A stretch of 64,000 bases of DNA from an uncultured Acidobacteriota bacterium (lineage in GTDB: Bacteria; Acidobacteriota; Vicinamibacteria; Vicinamibacterales; 2-12-FULL-66-21): the NCBI GenBank assembly GCA_963725145.1, contig CAVRXL010000003.1, positions 142,369 to 206,368 of the forward strand, written 5' to 3'. Positions within the stretch are counted from its first letter, which is position 1. Every line of letters begins with the position of its first letter. Below are positions 34,564-43,409 of the stretch, one piece after another. Under the pieces are notes generated by a model. That model was given only the letters and a program-made list of their open reading frames with translations. It was not told the origin of the DNA and made no database searches. A program made the position numbers and the translations under genes.

Positions 34564-35498
34564 TGATCGACGCGCTCACACGAGCCTTCTTCCACACGCT
34601 GGCGGGCAGCGGCGCCCTCAGGAGGATCGCCTCCCGGTACGGCATGCGCCGGCAGGATAGTTTCGCGCGCCGATTCATCGCCGGCGAAACGATTGAGGAG
34701 GCGATCGGCGCGGCGCGGGTGATCCAGGCCAGGGGACTCCGCACCACCCTCGACTTTCTCGGCGAGAGCGTCGCCACCTCCGCCGGCGCGGATGCCGTGA
34801 CGCGAGAGTACGTCTCGATCATCCGGCACATCGTCGATGCCGGCATCGAGCGCAACCTGTCCATCAAGCTGACGCAGCTGGGGCTCGACGTCGATCGCGT
34901 CACGTGCATCGACAACCTCCGCCGTCTGCTCGACCGGACGGGGGACAGCTTTTTCGTCCGCATCGACATGGAGAGCTCGCTCTACACGGCCCAGACGGTC
35001 GACGTGATCGAGACGCTGTGGGACCAGGGCTACCGCCAGATTGGCGCCGTGCTGCAATCCTGCCTTCGCCGAAGCGAGGAGGATGCGGGACGCCTCAGCC
35101 GGCTCGGGATTCCCGTCCGGCTGGTGAAGGGCGCGTACAAAGAGCCTGCCCGGGTCGCCTATCAGAAGAAAGCCGAGGTCGATGATGCGTTCGTGCGCAT
35201 CATGCGAACGCTCCTCGACGAAAACCCGCATCCGGCGATCGCCACGCAGGATCCGGCGATGATCGACGCGACGACGCGCTACGCCGCCGACCGCGCCGTG
35301 GGCCACGACCGCTTCGAGTTCCAGATGTTGTACGGCATCCGGCGGGATCTGCAGATCTCGCTCGCGCGAAACTACACGGTTCGCATCTACGTGCCGTTCG
35401 GGAACCAGTGGTACCAGTACTTCATGCGCCGTCTCGGCGAGCGTCCCGCCAACGTCCGGTTCGTGCTGGGGACCGTCTTCAAGGAAAGAAGAGCCTAG
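34563..35498 (+). CDS. Monofunctional proline dehydrogenase
   Basis: 311 aa. Motifs LDFLGE, VRLVKGAY and FEFQMLYGIR. The start overlaps the upstream stop (TGATG). Confidence 0.85.
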   Translation: MIDALTRAFFHTLAGSGALRRIASRYGMRRQDSFARRFIAGETIEEAIGAARVIQARGLRTTLDFLGESVATSAGADAVTREYVSIIRHIVDAGIERNLSIKLTQLGLDVDRVTCIDNLRRLLDRTGDSFFVRIDMESSLYTAQTVDVIETLWDQGYRQIGAVLQSCLRRSEEDAGRLSRLGIPVRLVKGAYKEPARVAYQKKAEVDDAFVRIMRTLLDENPHPAIATQDPAMIDATTRYAADRAVGHDRFEFQMLYGIRRDLQISLARNYTVRIYVPFGNQWYQYFMRRLGERPANVRFVLGTVFKERRA

Positions 35499-35778
35499 GT
35501 TCAGGGCGGTCCAATCCGTGGCCGCTGTCGGGTTTGGCGACGCCCCTGTGTATGCATTGTGAGTATGCGGAGTCCCCGAGTGGGCGGCGCTTGCCCTCAC
35601 GGACCGAACCTCTTGCCACCCTGTAAGCCCTAAGTCGATTACTCCCTGTAACTTCCAAATCTGTCGCGGTCGTGGCACAGGCCTTGAAATGGTTGGGGTC
35701 GGAACGGACGCGGTCGCGGTGGCGTCCTTAGTGAAGATAGATCAGAGGTCGGAGGAGAAAGCCGGAACGAGGAACCAG

Positions 35779-36015
35779 ATGGTCACCAACTATCCCCAGC
35801 AGCTCACGGCGGCGCCGGCGGCGGAGAGGCCAACGGCGGCGGAAGACGGTCTGATCGCACGCGCGGTGGGGTTCGTCAGCCAGCGGTTCTGCGCGGTTCG
35901 CGGCCACGACTCCGTGCTCCACTTCGAGGAGAATCGTGTGCGCCTCCGGTGCACGTCGTGCGGATACGATTCGCCCGGATGGGAAGTGAAACCGGAGCTG
36001 AAGAAGACTGCCTAG
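35779..36015 (+). CDS. Small hypothetical protein with a putative zinc-ribbon (C..H...CxxC)
   Basis: 78 codons from the ATG at 35779, which has GAGGAA upstream. The sequence is CAVRGHD...CTSCGYDSPGW. No family was recognised. Its stop shares a CTAG with the convergent gene. Confidence 0.3.
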   Translation: MVTNYPQQLTAAPAAERPTAAEDGLIARAVGFVSQRFCAVRGHDSVLHFEENRVRLRCTSCGYDSPGWEVKPELKKTA

Positions 36016-37142
36016 CACACCAGGCGCGCGAGGCGCGCCAGCGCGTCGCGGCAGAACGCGACGTCTTCAAGGTTCACGTACTCTTCGGTGCTGTGAAGTC
36101 CGGCGCCTCCCGGGCCGAAGAGCACCGACGGAATCCCCGCACAGCCCAACACGGCCGCGTCGGTCCAGAAGCTCATGCCGGTGAGCGGCGCGTCGCGTCC
36201 GGCCTCGGCCGCCGCGCGAACGAGGCCCTGCGGCAGCTCGTGCCCGCGGTCGATCTCGTAGGCCGGCCGGCTGAACATCGGGCGCGCCTCCCCTTCGAAT
36301 TCCGGATCTTCCGCGCTCAGGTTTTCGAGAATCGCAACGACCTCGCCGATCGCCGTGTCCTTCGACTCGCCCGACACCGTTCGACGCTCAATCTGCAGCC
36401 GGCAGCGATCGGGATACGTGCTCAGCTCGCGGCCGCCCTCGATGATGGAGGCGTGCAGCGAGCCGGTTCCCATGACGGGATGGGGAGGGCGCGCCTGAAG
36501 CTCCCGGTCGAGCCGTTCGAGCCGCACGAGCACCCGGCCCATGCGGGCAATCGCGTCACGTCCGTCGCGCGGCCGGCTCCCGTGGGCCGCGCGGCCGCGG
36601 GTCTCGATCTCGACCCACGCGAACCCCTTGTGGCCGATCGCGATCTGCAGGTCGGTCGGCTCGGTCACGACACCGAGGTCCGCGCTCCATGCGGTGACGA
36701 GCGCTTCGGCGCCGATGCTTTCATATTCCTCGTCGACAACGCAGGCGATGATGACCCGGCCCCCGGGCAGCCCGGCCTGAGCGAGATCGCGGACCGCGCC
36801 GATCATCGCCGCCACGCCCCCCTTCATGTCCTGCGAGCCGCGGCCGAACAGCCGCCCGTCCTTGATCGCCGGATCGAACGGGCGCTCCATCCCTTCGACG
36901 CCGACCGTGTCGATGTGGCCGCAGAACATCACGGAGCGCCCCGGGGCGCGGCCGTCCAGCACGCCGATCACGTTCGGGCGGCCTGGGCGGACCTCCTGCA
37001 GCTCGACGGCGAGCCCGATGCCGCGGAGCTCGCGCGCGATCAGGTCCGCGATCGCCCCCTCCCCCGCCGCCCCCGGCACGAGCGAAGGGTTGACGCTGTC
37101 GACGGCAACGAGATCGCGAAGCAGACGGGTTGTCCAGTCCAT
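36012..37142 (-). CDS. M20-family metallopeptidase (ArgE/DapE-like deacylase)
   Basis: N-terminus LLRDLVAVDSVNPS and the HIDTVG metal-ligand motif. 376 aa. Confidence 0.85.
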   Translation of the reverse strand: MDWTTRLLRDLVAVDSVNPSLVPGAAGEGAIADLIARELRGIGLAVELQEVRPGRPNVIGVLDGRAPGRSVMFCGHIDTVGVEGMERPFDPAIKDGRLFGRGSQDMKGGVAAMIGAVRDLAQAGLPGGRVIIACVVDEEYESIGAEALVTAWSADLGVVTEPTDLQIAIGHKGFAWVEIETRGRAAHGSRPRDGRDAIARMGRVLVRLERLDRELQARPPHPVMGTGSLHASIIEGGRELSTYPDRCRLQIERRTVSGESKDTAIGEVVAILENLSAEDPEFEGEARPMFSRPAYEIDRGHELPQGLVRAAAEAGRDAPLTGMSFWTDAAVLGCAGIPSVLFGPGGAGLHSTEEYVNLEDVAFCRDALARLARLVC

Positions 37143-37343
37143 GATCAGGAACTCAGCATCTGGCGTTCGGCATTAGGCCGTTATGCGGCGCGTTACGGGG
37201 ATTCGGTTCTCGTTGCCGCAGAACGGCGGCGCGCACAGCGCGCCCGCGAGGGAGCGGCGCGGGGCGAAGGGGCCCCCGCAAGCGACCGAGCCGGGGTCAG
37301 GGGCGGAGCCCCGGTCCAATAATGCCCTGTATTCTAATGCCTC

Positions 37344-38120
37344 ATGGGAAGGGTCGTCGCCATCACCGGCGCGTCATCCGGAATCGGCCGCGCGGCTGCG
37401 GAACACTTCGGCCGGCTCGGCATGCCGGTCGCGCTGATGGCACGGCGGGCGGAACGGCTGGAAGCGATCGCGCAGGCGATCCGCGCCGCGGGCGGCCGGG
37501 CGATCGCCGTTCCGGGCGACGTGACGAATGAAGCGGACGTTGCATCTTTCGCCTCGCGGACGGTTGGGGAGTTCGGCCGGCTCGACGTGATGATCGCGAA
37601 CGCGGGAATCGGATTTCATGGCGCGCTCGAGGACACGACGCCCGAGATCATGCAGCGGCTGTTCGACGTGAACGTCATGGGGACGTTGCACGCCGCCCGC
37701 GCGGCGGTGCCCGTCTTCCGCCGGCAGCGCGAAGGACATCTGATCCTCGTGTCGTCGATTGCCGGACAGCGCACCGTCGGCTCCCGCACGGCGTACGCCG
37801 CGACCAAGGCGGCGCAGGCCCGATTGGGCGAATCGCTCCGCGTCGAGCTGTCGGGCATCGGCGTCCATGTCAGCGTCGTCTTTCCCGTGTCGACGGTCAC
37901 CGAGTTCCACGAGGCGATCCAGCGCGACTTCGGCCACGCCAAGGCCCCGCTCGGTCCGAGCCAGTCGGCCGAGGAGGTCGCGCGCGCGATAGCCTGGTGT
38001 GTGGAGCATCCGCGCGCCGAGGTCTATCCTTACTGGAAATCACGCGCCCTCGTGGTTCTCAACGCGGTCGCGCCGGCACTCGTCGATCGCCTCATGGAGA
38101 AATACGAGCGGCGGCGCTGA
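37344..38120 (+). CDS. SDR-family oxidoreductase
   Basis: TGASSGIG cofactor motif, NAG, and the YAATKAA catalytic motif. Confidence 0.9.
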   Translation: MGRVVAITGASSGIGRAAAEHFGRLGMPVALMARRAERLEAIAQAIRAAGGRAIAVPGDVTNEADVASFASRTVGEFGRLDVMIANAGIGFHGALEDTTPEIMQRLFDVNVMGTLHAARAAVPVFRRQREGHLILVSSIAGQRTVGSRTAYAATKAAQARLGESLRVELSGIGVHVSVVFPVSTVTEFHEAIQRDFGHAKAPLGPSQSAEEVARAIAWCVEHPRAEVYPYWKSRALVVLNAVAPALVDRLMEKYERRR

Positions 38121-38144
38121 CCGCCCGGCTCGCCACGCGACCAC

Positions 38145-39515
38145 ATGACCGATCCAGTCGACATCGCGCGCCGCATCGCGATCCAGGTGCGGGAGGCCGG
38201 CGGGCGAGCCCTGATCGTCGGCGGCTGGGTACGGGACCGCCTGCTGAACAAGCCGACCAAGGACGTCGACGTCGAGGTCTTCGGCATCGCCGCCGGTCCG
38301 CTGCGCGCGCTGCTCGAGCAGATTGCGCCGGTGAACACCGTCGGCGAGAGCTTCACGGTCTACAAGGTCGGTGACGTCGACGTCTCGCTCCCCCGCCGCG
38401 AATCGAAGGCCGGGCGCGGCCACCGCGGCTTCGCCGTCACGGGCGATCCGGCGCTCACGGTCGAGGAGGCGACGCGGCGCCGCGACTTCACCATCAACGC
38501 CATCCTGTGGGATCCGCTGAACGACGAGTATCTCGATCCCTTCGGCGGAAGGGCGGATCTGCTGGAGCGGAGGCTTCTCAAAGCCGTCGACCTCGCGACG
38601 TTCGGCGAAGACAGCCTCCGCGTCCTCCGGGGCGTCCAGTTCGCCGCGCGGTTCGATCTGACGATGGAGGAGCGGACCCGGGCGCTCTGCGGATCGACAC
38701 CGCTCGACGATCTTCCGGCAGAGAGAATCTGGGGCGAAGTCGAGAAGCTCCTCCTCCTTTCCGGGCGGCCATCGATCGGTTTCGAGCTTGCGCTCGAGCT
38801 GGGCGTCATCGACGCGCTGTTTCCCGAAATGAAGGCGCTCGTGGGCTGCCCGCAGGAGCCCGAATGGCACCCCGAAGGTGACGTCTGGGTGCACACGCTG
38901 ATGGTGATCGACCAGGCGCGCACGCGCATTGACGACCTCCCCCGCCCGCGGCAAATCGCGATCATGCTCGGCGCCGTGTGCCACGACCTGGGCAAACCGG
39001 CGACGACGGCGCTGGTCGACGGCCGGATTCGATCGATCGACCACGAGGCGCAGGGTGTCGCGCCGGCGGCCGCGCTCCTCGATCGGCTGAACGTGCACTC
39101 GTTCGACGGCTATGACGTCCGGCGCGACGTGCTCGGCATGGTCGCGCACCACCTCAAGCCGGGGGAATTCTGGAAGACGCGCGACCAGGTGGGCGACGGA
39201 GCGTTCCGCAGGCTGGCCGCCAAAGTGGACCTCGAGCTGCTCGCGCGCGTCGCCAAATCGGACTGCCTCGGGCGAACCGGCCACTTCGACTGCTCGGCGA
39301 TGGATTGGTTTCTCGAACGCGCGCGCGGCCTCGGCGTCGAGCATGCGCCGCCGGCGCCGGTGCTCCTCGGCCGTCACCTGCTGGCGCTCGGGATGCAGCC
39401 GGGGCCTCAGGTCGGCGAGATCTTGAAGCTGGTCTACGAACGGCAAATGGATGGCGAGATCCGCACGACGGAGGAGGGGATTGAAATCGCCAAAACGTTG
39501 ATCCGGTCACCATAG
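38145..39515 (+). CDS. cca: CCA-adding tRNA nucleotidyltransferase with HD domain
   Basis: GGWVRDRLL...DVDVEV nucleotidyltransferase motif, RRDFTINA, and HPEGDVWVHT (HD). Confidence 0.9.
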   Translation: MTDPVDIARRIAIQVREAGGRALIVGGWVRDRLLNKPTKDVDVEVFGIAAGPLRALLEQIAPVNTVGESFTVYKVGDVDVSLPRRESKAGRGHRGFAVTGDPALTVEEATRRRDFTINAILWDPLNDEYLDPFGGRADLLERRLLKAVDLATFGEDSLRVLRGVQFAARFDLTMEERTRALCGSTPLDDLPAERIWGEVEKLLLLSGRPSIGFELALELGVIDALFPEMKALVGCPQEPEWHPEGDVWVHTLMVIDQARTRIDDLPRPRQIAIMLGAVCHDLGKPATTALVDGRIRSIDHEAQGVAPAAALLDRLNVHSFDGYDVRRDVLGMVAHHLKPGEFWKTRDQVGDGAFRRLAAKVDLELLARVAKSDCLGRTGHFDCSAMDWFLERARGLGVEHAPPAPVLLGRHLLALGMQPGPQVGEILKLVYERQMDGEIRTTEEGIEIAKTLIRSP

Positions 39516-39524
39516 GCGCCGGAG

Positions 39525-39545
39525 GGCGGACCTCTTAGGTCCGCC
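39525..39545. repeat. REP-like hairpin GGCGGACC-TCTTA-GGTCCGCC between convergent genes (also a candidate terminator)
   Basis: 8-bp stem. The stop codon of the threonine dehydratase gene lies in the loop. It belongs to the same family as the elements at 40501-40593. Confidence 0.6.
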
Positions 39546-40500
39546 GCTCGTTCGCCAACTCGACGATCTTGTCGAGCGCGATATTCCCTCCGCTCAAGAT
39601 CACGACAGTCGTTCCCGCCACGGCGATCTTCCCGCTCAGGACCGCCGCGAGCGCGGCCGCCCCGCTCGGCTCGACGACGACCTTGGCGCGATCGAACAGC
39701 CAGAGCGTCGCCGCGACGATCTCGCTGTCGTCGACCGTCACCAGATCGTCCACGAAGGCCTGAACGTGCGCGAAGGTGAGATCGCCAGGTCTGACCGGCA
39801 TGAGCCCGTCGGCGATGCTCGCGGTCCGGTCGAGGGTAACCGGACGCCCGGCGGCGCGCGACGCCGTCATCTTGGCGGCGCCCGCCGGCTCCACCCCGAT
39901 CACACGGGTCGCGGGCGACAGCCGCTTCACCCCGGCGGCAACGCCCGAGACCAGCCCGCCCCCACCCATTTGCACGACGACGGTGGCGACCGGCTTCGGC
40001 GCTTGATCCAGGATCTCCAGGCCGGCGGTGCCCTGTCCCGCGATGATCCAGCGATGATCGAATGGCGGGACCATCGTGAGGCCGCGCGACGCCGCTTCGC
40101 GCTCGGCCCTCGCCTTGCGCTCGGCCGAGGTGGTGCCTTCGAAGATCACTTCGGCGCCGAACGCGCGCGCCCCGTCGGCCTTTACGGCAGGGGCAGTGGT
40201 CGGCATGACGACAACCGCAGGCGCCCCGAGCGTGCGCGCCGCGAGCGCCATGGCCTGCCCGTGGTTGCCCGACGAGTACGTGATCACGCCGCGCCGCCGC
40301 TCGTCCGGCCCGAGCTGCGCGACCATGTTGTAGGCGCCGCGGATCTTGAACGCTCCGGCGGGCTGCAGGTTTTCGCACTTGAGCAGGAGCGGCGCGCCGG
40401 CGAGGTGCGACACGTCCACGAGCGGTGTGATGCGCGCGACGCCGCGAATCCGTTCCGCGGCGTCGCGAATCTCTTCGACGGTGACGAGATCGGTATGCAT
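39535..40500 (-). CDS. PLP-dependent threonine/serine dehydratase
   Basis: NLQPAGAFKIRGA (PLP lysine) and SSGNHGQA. The ATG at 40500 is chosen because the ORF-track extension to 40554 translates a repeat element. Confidence 0.85.
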   Translation of the reverse strand: MHTDLVTVEEIRDAAERIRGVARITPLVDVSHLAGAPLLLKCENLQPAGAFKIRGAYNMVAQLGPDERRRGVITYSSGNHGQAMALAARTLGAPAVVVMPTTAPAVKADGARAFGAEVIFEGTTSAERKARAEREAASRGLTMVPPFDHRWIIAGQGTAGLEILDQAPKPVATVVVQMGGGGLVSGVAAGVKRLSPATRVIGVEPAGAAKMTASRAAGRPVTLDRTASIADGLMPVRPGDLTFAHVQAFVDDLVTVDDSEIVAATLWLFDRAKVVVEPSGAAALAAVLSGKIAVAGTTVVILSGGNIALDKIVELANERRT

Positions 40501-40593
40501 GGCGACCTGAGAGGTCCTGCGCTCCACGGCGGGCCTGAGAGGTCCGCCCTCCACACTACAGCCGACCTAAGAGGTCGGCCCTCCACACTATAC
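40501..40593. repeat. Three tandem copies of an approximately 32-nt hairpin element (G[CG]CGRCCT-RAGA-GGTC[CG]GCC + CTCCACACTAYA)
   Basis: Units at 40501-40528 (degenerate), 40529-40560 and 40561-40593, read directly. The last unit supplies a TATACT box 9 nt upstream of the ATG at 40604. Confidence 0.85.
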
Positions 40594-40603
40594 TTCCGTC
40601 ACG

Positions 40604-41230
40604 ATGAGATTCTTCGGCGTACTGCTTGCGCTGGCGCTGCCCGCTACGACGTTCGCGCAAGCTCCGCCGCCAACCGGCGTCGTCGACGAGCCCATCGGCC
40701 GTTTCTCCGTGGACCTGCAGGGATCGCTCGCGAACTTTCCGCAGGATGCCTCGATCGCCACGAGCCTCGGGACGATCGAGGCAAACCTCCCCGCACGCGG
40801 GCTCGGCGGGCGCATCGCGGCAACCTTCTACCCGTTCCGGCTGGGGCCCGTGACGTTCGGCCTGGGCGGGGCCATGGCGCTGGCGCGCGGGTCGCAGGAA
40901 GGCGAGTTCAGCGGCGAGCGCTTCACGACGACGTTGGTGTCCTTCGCGCCGCAGCTTTCGCTCAACTTCGGCCGAAAGGGAGGCTGGAGTTACCTGAGCG
41001 CAGGCATCAGCAGCAGCAAGTTGACGATCGCGCGGGAAGGGGCGGGGGGAGGACCGGCCGTGCCGACGGTGGACTACGGCGGCGGCGCCAGGTGGTTCCT
41101 GCGCGAGCGCCTGGCATTCTCGTTCGACGTTCGCATCTTCAACATCGCGGCGGCCGACGCGGAGCCAGACATCGCCGCGCGCTTCCGCACCCGGATGTTC
41201 GTGATCAGCGCCGGAATATCTGTTCGGTAG
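40604..41230 (+). CDS. Outer-membrane beta-barrel protein (OmpW/porin-like), hypothetical
   Basis: Signal peptide MRFFGVLLALALPATTFAQA. Alternating hydrophobic beta-strand pattern. The C-terminus is aromatic-rich (ISAGISVR). Confidence 0.6.
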   Translation: MRFFGVLLALALPATTFAQAPPPTGVVDEPIGRFSVDLQGSLANFPQDASIATSLGTIEANLPARGLGGRIAATFYPFRLGPVTFGLGGAMALARGSQEGEFSGERFTTTLVSFAPQLSLNFGRKGGWSYLSAGISSSKLTIAREGAGGGPAVPTVDYGGGARWFLRERLAFSFDVRIFNIAAADAEPDIAARFRTRMFVISAGISVR

Positions 41231-41263
41231 CGCGGCTCGGTAGCACGGCTCGGTAGCGCAGCC
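41225..41263. repeat. Tandem 13-mer CGGTAGCRCGGCT x3
   Basis: cggtagcgcggct cggtagcacggct cggtagcgcagcc. The first unit contains the stop codon of the upstream gene. Confidence 0.85.
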
Positions 41264-41275
41264 CTTCAGGGCTGC
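41258..41275. terminator. Hairpin GCAGCCC-TTCA-GGGCTGC between convergent genes
   Basis: Same stem as the hairpin at 26042-26059. It sits exactly between the stop codons at 41230 (+) and 41276 (-). Confidence 0.5.
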
Positions 41276-42163
41276 CTAGGCAGCTTCCTTCCCGCGTCGG
41301 AATTCCTCGATCAACCGCCGAACGTTTCCCGACACCGAATGCAGCGACGGCGCCCAGCCGAGCGAGCGCGCGCGGTGGCTGCGCACGATCTGGTCGAGGT
41401 TCAGCGCATCGGCGTAGCTTTTCAGCTTCTTTCGAGCTTCCTCGATCGGAACGTGCCTCACGGCCGGCCGGGTTGTCGTCGCGGCGATGACGGCCTCGAC
41501 GATCTCGCCGACGGTCTCGTCTCCGTGGTCCGTCGCGTGGAAGATGCCGGAGGCATCCGGCTCGCTCGCCAGGCGCGCGTACAGGTCGCCGAGGTCGCGA
41601 TCGTACACGAGCGCCCAGTGATTGTCCCCGGTTCCGATCACGCGCACCAGGCCGTTGGCGGCGTCCTTCAACAGGTCCGCCACGATCCCGCGGGAACCGC
41701 CGTACACGATGCCGGGCCGCACGACCAGCGTGCGCAGCCCGTTCGTCGCGCCGTCGAGGACGATCCGCTCGTGCGGCGGTCGCCAGCAGACGAGCTCTGC
41801 AGGGTTGACGGCGCTTTCCTCGGTCGCCTCTTTCGAGTTGCCGAGCACCCAGACACCAGACGTGTAAATGAAGAACCCTTTCGCGTGCGCGAGGAATGTC
41901 TCGATCGCAAGGCGATCCAGCTCGGGCCCGCGCGCGGACGATTCCGACGCCGCGTGGATCGCGCCCTCGCAGAGTGACGCCGCGCCGCGGTACGTCGCCG
42001 GCTCCGCGAGGTCGCCGACGACCGGCGTCACGCCCCGTGCGCGCAAACGTGCGGTCGCTTCCGCGCCCCGGACCAGCGCCGTGACGTGATGGCCGGCGCG
42101 CATGAGCGAATCGAGAACGGCAGATCCGATGTACCCGGTGGCTCCGGTGAGGAAGATCCGCAT
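41276..42163 (-). CDS. NAD-dependent epimerase/dehydratase family protein
   Basis: MRIFLTGATGYIGSAV Rossmann motif at the chosen start of 42163; the ORF track extends to 42280. Confidence 0.8.
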   Translation of the reverse strand: MRIFLTGATGYIGSAVLDSLMRAGHHVTALVRGAEATARLRARGVTPVVGDLAEPATYRGAASLCEGAIHAASESSARGPELDRLAIETFLAHAKGFFIYTSGVWVLGNSKEATEESAVNPAELVCWRPPHERIVLDGATNGLRTLVVRPGIVYGGSRGIVADLLKDAANGLVRVIGTGDNHWALVYDRDLGDLYARLASEPDASGIFHATDHGDETVGEIVEAVIAATTTRPAVRHVPIEEARKKLKSYADALNLDQIVRSHRARSLGWAPSLHSVSGNVRRLIEEFRRGKEAA

Positions 42164-42323
42164 GGGGGAGGTGCTATTCAATGACGCCGCAGCGCCGTCC
42201 GTCAAGTGTGACTTGAGCCTGTGCGTTCCGTTCGCCGGGGACCGTGCGGGGGCATACGCCCAAACTTGGGCACTAGCCAATTCTCCTTCGTTCTACGCGA
42301 TCAACCTGTAGGGGGAAAATTCC

Positions 42324-43409
42324 ATGCGACACAAGACACTCAGGGTCGGCATCGCCGGTTTGACGGCAACGGCCGCCTTGGCGCTTGGCGGGTCGGCGCA
42401 CGTGGGTAACCGATCGGACCTTCGCGGCACCGTTTTCGTCACGGAACGTGCGCTTGGCAGCGTCACGGCCTTCGATGCCGAGTCCGGTGAAGACCTCTGG
42501 ACGACAATGGTCGGCGTCTCACCGATCGGTATAACGGCGCCGCGCCGCACAGGGAAGGTCTACACCTCCGACGAAGGCGCCAACCGGATGACGGTCCTCG
42601 ATCGCGATACGGGAGATTTCATCAAGGCAATCCCCATGGGTCCACTGCCTCACCATCTCATGGCGAGCCCCGACGGGAAGTACATCTACGTCGGCGAGTT
42701 CGGGAGCAATCAGATCGGCGTGGTGGCCACGTGCGCCGACGCGAGAGTGGCAGGTTTTGTCGCCAACCCGCTGCCCGAGGCGCGCACGCACGCGGTCTGG
42801 ATCACCGACGACGGCAAGGATCTGTACGCAGCCAACAGCCGGGTGAACCGTGCCGATATGGGTGACGTCGCGCACCTGGACGCGACTACCGGCAGCTGGC
42901 TCTGCAGCACACCGGTGGGCGCCGACCCGAGTGAGATTCTCGCGACCCCGGATGGGAAGATCGGCTACGTCTCGGTGCGGCGGGAAAGCCGGATTAAGGA
43001 GCTGGATTTGACCGGCGCCTGTCCGATCCTGACCGGGCGCGAGGCGCTCCTTCCGATGCTCCCGCCCGATCCCACCGGGAACCCACTCGGAACGCAGCCC
43101 GACACGCTGCAACTCACGAACGACCGCCGGACCCTTGTCGTCACGCTTCGCCGTACGCCAGCGCAGATTGCGCTGGTCGACACCCACACGTTCGACGTTC
43201 GGATCGTCGAGATACCCGGCCACACGATTACCGGACACCACTGGCTCTCAGCGAACGGGAAGTATTCCTTCGTGGCCGTGGAGAGTCCGGCCGGCTTCGC
43301 GGTGGTCAACAACCGAACGGGTGCTGTCGTCGCGGACTATCCGTACCCAAACCCGCCGGGGGGAACGCGAGCGCACGGCGTGTTCTTCATTCCGAGGAGG
43401 CCGCGTTGA
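42324..43409 (+). CDS. Secreted YVTN/cd1-like beta-propeller repeat protein
   Basis: Signal peptide. Repeated blade motifs such as ...SPDGKYIYV..., ...TDDGKDLYA... and ...TPDGKIGYV.... Confidence 0.7.
   Translation: MRHKTLRVGIAGLTATAALALGGSAHVGNRSDLRGTVFVTERALGSVTAFDAESGEDLWTTMVGVSPIGITAPRRTGKVYTSDEGANRMTVLDRDTGDFIKAIPMGPLPHHLMASPDGKYIYVGEFGSNQIGVVATCADARVAGFVANPLPEARTHAVWITDDGKDLYAANSRVNRADMGDVAHLDATTGSWLCSTPVGADPSEILATPDGKIGYVSVRRESRIKELDLTGACPILTGREALLPMLPPDPTGNPLGTQPDTLQLTNDRRTLVVTLRRTPAQIALVDTHTFDVRIVEIPGHTITGHHWLSANGKYSFVAVESPAGFAVVNNRTGAVVADYPYPNPPGGTRAHGVFFIPRRPR

Noticed and set aside
35673-35687. A sigma-54 promoter called as a firm feature.
   Set aside because: The -12 element reads TTGA rather than TTGC, so the conserved GC dinucleotide is broken. 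I kept it only as part of a low-confidence finding.
37255-37316. A GC-rich hairpin cluster (GGGGC-GGA-GCCCC within CCGGGG...CCCCGG) in the M20/SDR divergent spacer, considered as a possible riboswitch or sRNA.
   Set aside because: It looks like another REP-type palindromic element. I recognise no riboswitch consensus, and there is no evidence for function beyond the stem-loops.
40501-40593. Possible mini-CRISPR array, because the direct repeats are about 32 nt.
   Set aside because: The units are contiguous with no unique spacers, each unit is itself a hairpin plus tail, and no cas genes are present. It is a REP-like tandem.
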